A stretch of DNA of 64,000 nucleotides, from positions 71,424,001 to 71,488,000 of the forward strand of contig OX597815.1 of assembly GCA_951406725.2 (NCBI GenBank), written 5' to 3'. This document shows positions 39,158 through 50,212 of the stretch, in pieces (position 1 is the first letter of the stretch; the number at the start of each line of letters is the position of its first letter). The stretch is from Octopus vulgaris (taxonomy: Eukaryota). The position numbers and the translations under genes are program-made. The notes under the pieces are model-generated. The model was not told the origin of the DNA and made no database searches. It was given only the letters and a program-made list of their open reading frames with translations.

Positions 39158-41215
39158 TTCCTCTCTTTCCTTCACTATCTCCACACACACACATATATTG
39201 TAGAAATAATAGGTCATGTCTACAACTGACATTTGTATTAACAAATAAGCCATATTTAATTCTTCACACGACCTCACATTACCTAGTTATTGGAAATAGA
39301 TAGAAGGTTTTGGGGGAGTTATATTTTTCAGGTTAGCTTTCTATCCAGGATTCAGATTAGCTTTCTATTCACTTCATAGTCCAGAAAGCAGAGTTATGCA
39401 GAAGATTAAAGGCTTACTCATTCAAACATATATGTTGTCTATTCATACCTATATATGAGTGCCAGATTGATTGCTGCTACCCAGGTATAGAAACCATAAT
39501 GATATCTGTTAGGCAGTTGATGATGGGAATATATGTCTGATGTTCTTGATGTCAGTGAATCATTTGTATCTTATATTCTCATTGTTCTAATTTGTCCTTC
39601 ACTATCATAAGTTTGAATTTGTTAAGGGGTTCTTTGTTTCTTGGATTATGGTGATTTTGTTGTTTATATATTATACCATACATTAATAGTGTGTGATTGT
39701 TCTTCATGGTGATCCTAATTCTGGCTAGGGTAATACTTATGTAAAGGTTTCTAGTTTATGGGGATTTAGTTGCATATATAAAATAAATCATCATTGTTTT
39801 GATGTCCACTTTTCTATGCTTACATGGGTCAAACAGTTTATGTTGAAGCAGAATTTTCTACAGCCTGATGCCATTCTTGATGTTAACCACCTGTTTCCAA
39901 GCAATGTAGCTATGTTCCCATTTACTGAACAACAAGCTGTCAGGACATGATTATATGGAGAATTTGAAACAAATGGTACCATTTGAATGAGTCTTTTCTT
40001 TGAAAAGATCTCATCACCTGAATGGTGCAGGCGTGGCTGCATGGTTGAAAGGCTTGCTTCCCAACTATATAGTTTTCAGTTCAGTCCTGTTTGGCATTTT
40101 GGGCAAATGTCTTTTCCTATGGCCCCATGCTAACCAAAGCCTTCTGATTGGATTTTAGTAGGTAGAAACAAGAAAGTAACCTGTTTTGTGTATGTGTGTG
40201 TTTCTGTGTGCCCTTGCCTTAACATTGCATGATAGTTGTAAATGAGCATCACTGTCATACAAGTGGTGTTGTTCAATACTAGTATTCTGTGAAAAGCATA
40301 TTTGGCCATGGGGAAATATTACCTTCCCTGGAAACAGGTGAGATTTGCAACAGGAAGAGCATCCAGTTGTAGAAGATCTACCTCAACAAATTCTATCTGA
40401 CCCATGGAAGCATAGAAAAGTGAATGTTAAATGGTGATGATGATGAATGTATAGTGTCAATGATCTTGAGTTTGAAGATGTATGTTTATTTTATATGAAA
40501 CCTTTTAATAAAACAGAAAAATACCTGAAATTGACTGTAGAAAGTTTTAATCAAGATACAAATGAATTCAAATATAGTTTTACTTTCTATTTATGATTTC
40601 TTGGTTAAGAAGCTCATTTCCTAACCATGTGATGTTGCATTTAGTCCCACCGTGCAGCACCTTAGATAGAAATACATTGATTGGTGCAACATGAAATGAA
40701 TTGCCTTGATAAGGGCACAATGTGCCACTCAGTTCACATGCTGAACCCATGCCATGATGATCATGAGCTCCAAGTCTAAAACATTAGGTCACATGCTAAT
40801 TAATGTATTTCTTAAAAATAGCTTTAAATCAGTTCTGCAGATTTCACTGCTCTTCAGAATAAAGGGTTTCCTTTTTCTTTAAAGCTTTGTGAGCAGGGAA
40901 TTTGAAAGAAGCCCATCATAAGAGAGAGATAGAGACAGAAAGTGTGTGTGTGTGTGTTTACATTTGCTCTTCGCCAAATTCCTCTTGTCAACAAATCATC
41001 CACTGGTTTTGTGCTTTGAAGATCCTTTACTTGGCAAACAGGTAAGTGTTAGTAGCAGGAGAGGCATCCAGCTGTAAAACAATACTTCAATAATATATTC
41101 TCATAACCCATGCTGGGTGTGAGCCATTTTGTAACAGCAGATTTGACTCCACCTAGTTGGCATTGTTTATTCAACACTAACTTATTTGACATTAAACATT
41201 TAAATATCTTTTCTC

Positions 41216-41287
<72 letters not shown>

Positions 41288-41290
<3 letters not shown>

Positions 41291-42038
41291 GAAATATTTA
41301 AGATTAAATCAAATTTCACCTGTGCCTTGGAAAATCTAATCTATGCGATTACATGCTTAAGGTGTGGTAATCATTATATTGGCCAAATAGGAATATCACT
41401 CCGTCAAAGAACCACTCTCCACAAAGAACAAATCTGTCATCCACAATACTGACAGATACAGGTCAGTGAACACATAGAAAGGTGTGCTAGGAACTTTAAT
41501 CCTAATTTCCTAATTTTCCCCTTCTATCAATGTTCACAAAACACTACAGTACAACAAAGAATGAATAAAGAGGCAACTTTTATAAATAAATATCTTCCAC
41601 AACTCAATATGAACACATAACTTAATACAGAACACCACTATCTTTTCAATTAATACCACCCATACATCCTATACACCATTCACATTACAAATCTATATCT
41701 ACCCTAATTGCACCAAATCCAGAACTACTTACCTCCCTTACACATAATCTTTTTACTCAAGGACTAGTAGACCCAACACCGTTCGGTAATCGGTGTGCAT
41801 TCAAAGCAGTGATCAGTAATTTTTATGAAACTGGTATGCTTTTGAATCTCTTTAACAATTCACATGAATGACTTTTATTACTTTTATTCCTACCTCAGTT
41901 CATCTAATTGTATATATCTATCGTTACTTTTCATAAAAAGCCTTTACTTTTTGGGATTTCCAATGTGCATTTTCGCTTATTTTTCTTCTTACTTTACCCT
42001 TACATTTCTACGTATAGTTACTATTTTCTTTCTGTAAC

Positions 42039-42045
<7 letters not shown>
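41288..42045 (+). mobile_element. Penelope-like element 3' fragment (GIY-YIG domain 41288-41620 plus 3' UTR)
   Basis: FKIKSNFTCALENLIYAITCLRCGNHYIGQIG..RTTLHKEQI..SEHIERC..IFPFYQ..NKEATFINKYLPQLN, related to 7900-8230. (TA)n on both sides. Confidence 0.88.
41799..41847 (+). ncRNA. Minimal hammerhead ribozyme, G3-C8 variant
   Basis: AUUCAAAGCA-GUGAUCA-GUAA UUU UUAU-GAAA-CUGG-UA-UGCUUUUGAAU, with a 10-bp helix I (one bulge) and a GUA triplet. Confidence 0.78.
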
Positions 42046-42079
<34 letters not shown>

Positions 42080-42091
42080 TATATATATATA

Positions 42092-42462
42092 TCCGCTCAG
42101 TCAAAGTCGACTCTCAGTTATTCGTTGGATCAGTGTCCTCCAGTCAGTTCTATCCTGGGCCACTTCTTTCAGATTGGCTATGTCCATTCCAGTATCCCTC
42201 TTGATGGTGTCAAGCCAGCGGGTTCTTGGTTGGCCTCTTCCTCTCTTGCCACTGACCATTCCGAGCATGATGTCCTTCTCCAGGGATTTTCTCCACATAA
42301 CATGACCGAAATATGCCAATCTATGCTTGGTGATCCTAGCTTCTAGTGACATTTTCGGCCTGATCTGCTTAAGAACTTCTCCATTGGTGAACCTCACTGT
42401 CCATGGAATCCATAAAAGTCTTCTCCAACACCAAAGCTCGAATGCATTAATTCTCTTCTGGG
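42092..42462 (-). mobile_element. RTE-BovB-like LINE 3' fragment
   Basis: RINAFELWCWRRLLWIPWT..SLEARI..YFGHV..SLEKDIMLG..GKRGRGQPRTRWLD..DRTDWR..ESRL is the BovB-type C-terminus. Flanked by (TA)n. Confidence 0.85.
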
Positions 42463-42480
42463 AATATATATATATATATA

Positions 42481-42830
42481 TCATCATCGTTTAACATCCG
42501 TTTTCCATGCTGGTATGGGTTGGACGGTTTGACTGGTGACTGGCAAGCCAAGAGGCCACACAAGGCTCCAGTCTGATCTGGCAATGTTTCTACAGCTTGG
42601 TGCCCTTCCTAATGCCAACTACTCTGAGAGTGTAGTGGGTGCTTTTTATGTGCCACCGTCAAGGAGGCTAGTCAGGTGGCACTGGCATCAGCTATGTTCA
42701 GATGGTGCTTTTTTATGTGCCACCAGCACGGGGAGCCAGTCAGGACCTCTGGCAGCAACCCCTGCATGAATGGTGCTTATTGCGTGCCACCAGCACTGGT
42801 ATCGGCTACAACTACAATTTCCATTTGATT
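42481..42830 (-). mobile_element. RTE 3' UTR copy
   Basis: Matches 29530-29900 in the same orientation. Confidence 0.8.
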
Positions 42831-45163
42831 TTGAGATATATATATATTTGTACATGTGTGTGTGTGTATCTAGTTAGATTTGTACATATATGTAGTATCT
42901 CTTTCCCTCCCTCTCTCTCTCTCTCTCTCTTTATGTGTGTGTGTGTGTGTGTGTGCATATCTCTCTCTAATAATAGTCTCTCTCTCTCTCTCTCTCTCTG
43001 TATATTTTTGTGCCTGCATGTATCTGTGTGTCTGCATGCAGTGCCAAAACTGTACTGTCGCCAAAACAAGTTCAATGTCCAGTCAGCCAGGTCAACAGCG
43101 TCGAAGCAGCCTCACCCAATCACATCACTCCAATCCATGCTAGCCCAGAAAAAAATACAGACATAAACAAATGAACAAGACAAACTTAGATTATTAATGC
43201 ACTTGTTGCCTTATTACAAAAGTTTCCAAAAGTTTTTGACATATATGTTTGAATATTTTTTTTTATTTTTGCCATTAAAATCTTGTAACTATTCAAAGGT
43301 CAAAGCACTGTTAATTTTGTTTTATTTATGCTTTTTTTTATCTCTATTTATTTATTATATGAGTTAGATTTCTTGGATCATTTGTTTGACAGCTTTGATA
43401 ACCTACCTTGGTTTACTGAAGTAATATCTTAATCCAATCCCAAAGTTTCTGTAGAGCAAGGCTAAATAAAATCTAAGACATTATTAGCATTGCTCAAAAA
43501 TGTTTTAATTGTTTTAGTTTTATTCTTATGAGTGTTTTGCATTCATTTTTAAATGCCAATATTGGTAACCAAATATATTACCCTAACTTCCAAGTTACAT
43601 ATGATGTTCTTCAGTTAATCTGACAAATAAAAGACATGATAAATGTTAACTATACACATTTTATTACAATATGTGTGTGTGTGTGTGTGTATGATGAAGA
43701 TCTCTTCATGGTAGCTAAGACCTTTTAGAAATAGTAGCCTGAAGTATATGTTGTTGTTATTATGCCAAGCTGTTGTATGTCCAAATTTGGCCAAATGCAT
43801 TTTTTTTCAATATTTATTTTTGTTTGCAATAGTCACTTCTTTTGGTTAAATTATTGTATCTCTAACTGCTTCAGATGCCAAGATACCAAAAATTGTTGAA
43901 GTGTAGTACAACGTTTTGCTATGAAACCATTTTTTCATTTTCTGAAAAAGCTACGTTTTGGACTTACGACACTTTTGCATAATAGCAACGATGTGTAGTT
44001 CATACATACACATATACTGTCTTAAGTATATGTATGTATGAACTAATGCCAGAGCCCTGTATATGGTAGCTAAAGTCCTTTAGAAATAGCAGCTAAATCT
44101 CCCTCAACCACATCCTACTGTTTTGTGTGTGTGTGTTGCAAAGAAATTCAGAAACAACTTATTCTTTGAAAAATAAATGAATTTCAAAAGACATTTAGCT
44201 AACATCAAAAGGATGTCACAGCTGAAGGGAGAAAGAGCTACACCAGAACTTGGCTGGTAGTCATTTTCACCTGCATAGACTGGAGCAGCATGTAATGAAT
44301 TGCTTTGCACAAGGGCACAATGTGCCACCTAGTCCAGGTGTTTAACCCATGACATGAAGATCAGGAGCTTCTAATCCTAACCATTAGGCTACATGCTAAT
44401 ATAGTTCTTACTTATAAATAACTTTAAAATTAGTTTTGCAGATTCCACTGTTCTTCAGGATAAAGGGTCTCCGGTTCTTTAATATGTGCTCCCATTTAGT
44501 TCCTGGTCCAGTCTCACTGTGCAGCACCCTGAGCAAGTGTCTTCTACTATAGCTGTGGGCCAACCAACGCCTTGTTATGGAATTTGGTATACAGAAACTG
44601 AAAGAAGTCTATCATATTTTGGGGTGTATAAGCCTGGGCCAACCACTGTCTTGTTAAGGAATTGTTAAACCAAAAAACTAAAAGAAACCCAGCAAGTGCA
44701 TGTGTGTGTTTGTTCATGTTTGTTTCTTGTCACTTGACTAATGGTGATAGCTTGTCTCCATTCCCATAACTTAGTTGTTCAGCTAAAAGAGACTGACAGA
44801 ATAGTACCAGACTTATAAATAACTACTGGTGTCAATTTGATTGACTAAATGTGTCATGGTGGTATTCCAGCATTGCTGCAGTCCAGTGACTAAAGCAAAA
44901 GAATAACATAAAGTATACAGGACCTATTAATTGGGGAAATCCCCCAAAAGTCCCAAGCTTGTAGAAGTCTGAGGCTGTAAATTATTTCATTATTTTGTTC
45001 TCTTCATAGGAGTATGGCTCGGGTGTAATATTACTCAGATGATAAATTTATAAGCAAATAATTGGAGCTGGGGTTGTTGTTCTTTTACCTCAGGACTCTT
45101 GCAACTGAACAACTTACATTACCACATCATTCTTGTCTTGACCACTTCACATCTAGAACAACA

Positions 45164-45396
45164 TTAATCCTTTAGTATTTAAACTGGCTATATCTGGCCA
45201 CAATATTATATTCTATCAGTTTTATGCTCAAATTCACTTGATCTGGCATCTCATACCTATCCCACAATGCCATTTTAAAAACAAACAGTCTCATCATCGA
45301 AATCTTAAGGTTATAAGATGATGCATGATTAATGCAATACAATATGAATAAATAGGCATTAAATTTTGCAGAGTAATCCGAATGCTAAATGGTTAA
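45164..45396. mobile_element. TTAA-flanked MITE (piggyBac-type ends)
   Basis: TTAA-TCCTTTAGTATT..AATGCTAAATGG-TTAA. Family copies at 45564-45771, 57915-58140 and about 60225-60428. Confidence 0.7.
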
Positions 45397-46927
45397 ACAA
45401 TGTCCTTCAGTTCAAAAGACAACTGGGCCAGTAGCATAGTTGTGAGACAACAAGGGGGCTGTCTGTCATGGGCAATGCTTTTATTGCATTTTATAAGCCT
45501 GTATTGGCTTGGTAGTCACAGTGGGGATGGCAAACTGAAATATGCCACCAGACAGGGCATGCTTTAACCCTAGCCAAAATATTTAACCTGTTTTATATTG
45601 AAACTGGCCAGATCTGGCTTCTGTCTGCCCACAACCCTACAATTTCATTCTAAAAATAAACAATCACATCATTGAAATCTCAAAGCTACAAGTCAATGCA
45701 TGATTAATTCAAAACAATGTAAATAAACAAATATTACATTTGACAGAATAATCCAAATACTAAAGAGTTAAAGAAAATTTAATTGCTATTTCTAAAATGT
45801 TGTACAACTGTGTAAAGGCTTTTCATTGGTACAATAACCATATAATGGTATCTATCACTTAGTAATCACATTTTACTTTTACTGAGTCAAACAAAGGTGA
45901 CTCAGTCTATCTCACTGTAAACATCAACAAAAATTGTTAATATATTCAGTATATAGTTAACTGGCAAAAAACAAAAAAAAAAACAAATAGAAAATTTTTA
46001 CATTTCAGGAAAAGCTTGAGATTTTTAGCTGAAACATCAAATAGACTGAATTGTCATTTCTAACAATGGGTTGGCTAATTTGTCTATAAGTAATTAATTG
46101 TTTCTTAATACTAATGTTATTTCTAGTCTCACTTTCATTTACAACTTGCTGTGATATATATGCCTAACTGCATTTACAGGTTGGTTAAGTGTTTTCAGTA
46201 TTTCTTGGTTAAAGACTGAGTAGGAGAGAGGCAGGGAGAAGCAGAGAGTTACTCCTTGTTTTTTTGGCACAGTTTTGCACTCTTTCTTAGAGTACACATA
46301 GAGAAAAACTAGACAAAGAAACATTTAACAATAACAACAACAGCAGCAGCAACAATAACAACAACAACAACAATAATAACAATAATAATAATAATAATAA
46401 TTAATAATGAATAAATAAATACGTAAAATGTGTAGACAGAAAATTTGTGGAACCTTTCGCTAGCTAAAAAAAAAAACTGTATTAAAATAACATCTGTTCT
46501 GACACAACATGCCTGAAGATGCTTGATAATGTAAACATGTATGTGTAAAAACAAGAAAGCTTTTTGAAAAAGTTACAAGGAGAGAGAGAGTGTGTGTATG
46601 TGGGGTGGGGTAAGGTTCTTAACAGGTAGATTGGATGGGTGAATGGATGAATGCATGGAAGGGCAAACTTAGGTTACGCATTTGGGAAAACAGTAACTGG
46701 AATGGAATTGTAATTTTTAAGGTTTCAAAAACATCAATCATTTTGTTAAAACTATTTTGATATTATTTCTCTTAATTTACAATCTTTCAACTATTGCACA
46801 CAGACTAAAGCTATATTAGTGAATTTGGTAGCAGAAACTGAAAGAAGCCTGGCTATATATATATATATATATAGATGAGTGTATTTTTCCCTTGTTAAAA
46901 TGTCTTACTGACGAGTGTCATTTCTTC

Positions 46928-47012
46928 ACTTCTCTGAAGAGAAGATTACAGTGCTTTACACCATTTATTCCTTTGGAATCATAGTGAAATATTCGAAACA
47001 TGTGTCAGAAGT
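46928..47012 (+). ncRNA. Minimal hammerhead ribozyme, canonical core
   Basis: ACUUCU-CUGAAGA-GAAGAUU..AAUAUUC-GAAA-C-AUGU-G-UC-AGAAGU. Confidence 0.82.
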
Positions 47013-47046
47013 AAAAGTATTTGAATTAAACATGCGTTAAACTCCA

Positions 47047-47077
<31 letters not shown>

Positions 47078-47159
47078 GTATATTACGGAGATGTACTTGC
47101 ACAGCAAGTGACCTGATCTGAGATCATGTGCTGAAACAAAAACAATTGCAGTACAGAAT

Positions 47160-47210
47160 TTTGTCAGTGAACAGGTCGCGGTCTGAAAGCGACGAAAATA
47201 TTTTGACAAA
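47160..47210 (+). ncRNA. Minimal hammerhead ribozyme, G3-C8 variant with an extra nucleotide after A9
   Basis: UUUGUCA-GUGAACA-G-GUCGC GGUCUGAAA GCGAC-GAAA-AUAU-UU-UGACAAA, with a 7-bp helix I, a 5-bp helix II and the palindrome AAUAUU. Confidence 0.72.
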
Positions 47211-47312
47211 TTAAATTTAAATGTTGAAGTGAATCTAACAGTTTTTGTGTGTTTCTTAAATGGCTTATAAACACCTTCCACGTTGCAATTGTTTATATAT
47301 ATATATATATAT

Positions 47313-47345
<33 letters not shown>

Positions 47346-47434
47346 TTATATATATATATATATCACATATATGTATATAATATATATTACATATATATAA
47401 CATGTATATATATATATCACATGTATATATATAT

Positions 47435-47486
<52 letters not shown>

Positions 47487-47564
47487 TATGGACACACACA
47501 TACACAAACATACCATTTCTGAAAGATTTATTTCTCCCTTCTTCTTTGGATATTTGCTGTTCAA

Positions 47565-47890
47565 AGAAGAGATTTCCTTCTAACTATTCTGCTATAGCAT
47601 CCAAGTTGATGAAGATATTTCACAAAAGTGCTCCATTTCAATTGGATTTACTCTGTAACACCAGTTGTCTTAACACAAGAATTTATTTTCAACAATCTGC
47701 TTGGCACCCCACAGACACTCGTCAGAGGGCCCAGGTTGACCTGAGCAGGATGGTGTTGAATTCTTTCCTTCGCTGGTGAATTGTACAATCATCTTGTTGC
47801 TGACTGGCAAGAGGAATCCCAAGGTTTTGTGTAATCTTTCACTGGTTAAGTCCACCTTCAGTCTGACACACAATATGCTCTATTTGAAAA
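47565..47890 (-). pseudogene. Tc1-like transposase N-terminal (HTH) fragment
   Basis: Minus strand KITQNLGIPL../NKMIVQFTSEGKNSTPSCSGQP..FVKYLHQLGCYSRIVRRKSLL resembles the Tc1 GRP and RKPLL motifs. Frameshifted. Confidence 0.55.
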
Positions 47891-49758
47891 AAACAGACAA
47901 CTCATTTGCTTCTGGTGTTAACAGCTAGTTGCTATAAACATTTAATACACTGTAATATGAAGTGAAAAGTAATAATACAACATTAACAAGTTTAAAGCAG
48001 TAGGTAACGTCTGCACAGATAACACAATATAATGAAGAGAGTCTATTTCTTTTGAGATGTATGTGTGTCTGTAGTAATAACAATAATAACCCTTGGATAG
48101 TTTTTCCATCCAGTGATTATTATTATTATTACTATATTTATCCTGTATTATATCAGCACAGCTTGGTGCAACCCCCAAAAACTCGTATCACCTGTTGGCA
48201 TCGTCAGACTGTAGCCAACATAATAGAATAGGAGCTATTATATGCATATTCAAAATGTTTCCTGTAAACTTAAAGGATATATATATATATAAGACTTTTT
48301 CGTTTTTCCTGAGCATCAAACTAATACATTTGCTTGTTGTTAATGCATCTGTCTTCGTCTTTTGTTTTTCTATAAATTTCAACTATATATATGTGTACAT
48401 TCACACACACACACACACATTATTAAAAGGTAAAGATGGATAGGTGGTTGTAAATGGCATCAAAACACTTATAAAATAGCTATACAGAAGTGAGCGTCCT
48501 GTAGCCAACGCATATTTGCCTGGACTCTTCCCTTCATTTGAGATTGGATTTTAGGTAACTGATCTGATCTGAACTCTAATTGTCAGTGTTTTTTGACATG
48601 TTCTTACTCATTGTGTATGTGTGTGTTTACATTTAGACTCCACAGGTGTGATCTATGAGCAGTGGTGTTGTCAATTCCGACAACAAATTTTCAGCTCTCA
48701 TAGCACTTTTGATGATGTGTGAAATAAGAAATCTCTTACCTGAAAAACAGGTAATGGTTAATGACAGGAAGGGTATCCATCTGCAAAAAGAAATGCTTTA
48801 ATATATTTATTTTATCCATATCAATATGGAAAACAGATATAAAACAAAGGATATACCTTCATTTATATCAAGAGTTGACAGTCTACTCTGAATTTCAACC
48901 TGAACTATGCTATTTATGACTACCATGAACAGTCAGTCCCCAGATGTAACTCTGAGTAGACTGTCGACATTTAATATAATAAATATATCTATCCACTCTA
49001 CCCAGTGCATTGAGTTCTATATCAGGTAATATATTTTACAACTCTTGCGTTATTGTTGTAAGACCTTTCCAAGTGAATACAATCATTGAAATTGACAGGA
49101 CCATCCTACTTGCATTAGCTTGGAACATAAAATGGACATGAAACTCAACAGCGTCTAATTTTTAGAACATTCCCTTTGGAAATCAATTTTGCATTACTGC
49201 GCGTCCAATAGTCCACTGTGAAGAATTTCATTTCGCTTAAACCTGTCCTTCTCATTCTTGGCCTCCTGTTGCACTACCTTTGATTGGTAAAGAAGTTTTC
49301 ACATGCATGCACAAGGATACATACATGCATTTTTATTTGAAAACATTTAAATGCTGCATACACATTTACATGCTCATGCTAATGCATTATGCATACAGAC
49401 ATTTATGCAATATATCTACTCATACATTGGCATGATGCCCACATTGTAATACATTGTATACCACATAAACACAACTGCACACTCAGACATACAGATGCAC
49501 ATTCATGTATATAATAAGCATAAAATGTTCATACAGGTATATACACGTTCATAGATAATGCTGCATGCTTGAAAAATTTTGTTATCATGCATGAAATTAC
49601 ACAAAGGCACACACATGAAAGTGTGCACATGCAATCCCAAAAGCATGCTTCGATGTCCAAACACTAGCACATGCAGACATGGCCACATGTACATACATAC
49701 ATACAGAGACAAATTTATATATATATATATATGTACACACACACACACATATATATGT

Positions 49759-49794
<36 letters not shown>

Positions 49795-49803
<9 letters not shown>

Positions 49804-50212
49804 GAATTAGAGATAAAACCACTATTAGGCAACTCAAACAGTGATAGACATAAACCAATACATAAATAACAAATAATATAAATATAATTAATATAATATA
49901 TATATATATAAATTTTTTTTTCCCCAAAAGTATAAAAAGAATGATAAATATAATATAATAAGTTACTATACTTATTATATTACTTATTATTATAATAATT
50001 ATTTATTATACTTATTATTACTTATTATATTTACTTATTATATTATATTTATCATTCTTTTTATACTTTTTGGAAAGAAAAAAATTTATATATATATGTA
50101 CTATATATTATATTAATTATATTTATATTATTTGTTATTTATGTATTGGTTTATGTCTATAACTGTTTGAGTTGCCTAAAAGTGGTTTTATCTCTAATTC
50201 ATATTTATATAT
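49795..50212. repeat. AT-rich ~170-bp inverted repeat
   Basis: ATATGAATTAGAGATAAAACCACT..GGCAACTCAAACAG..CAAAAGTATAAAAAGAATGATAAATATAATATAATAAG has its reverse complement at 50035-50212. Confidence 0.9.

Noticed and set aside
48150-48216. Minus-strand CUGACGA with a UGC.AAC/GUUGCA stem
   Set aside because: The GAAA-helix III-UH segment is absent.
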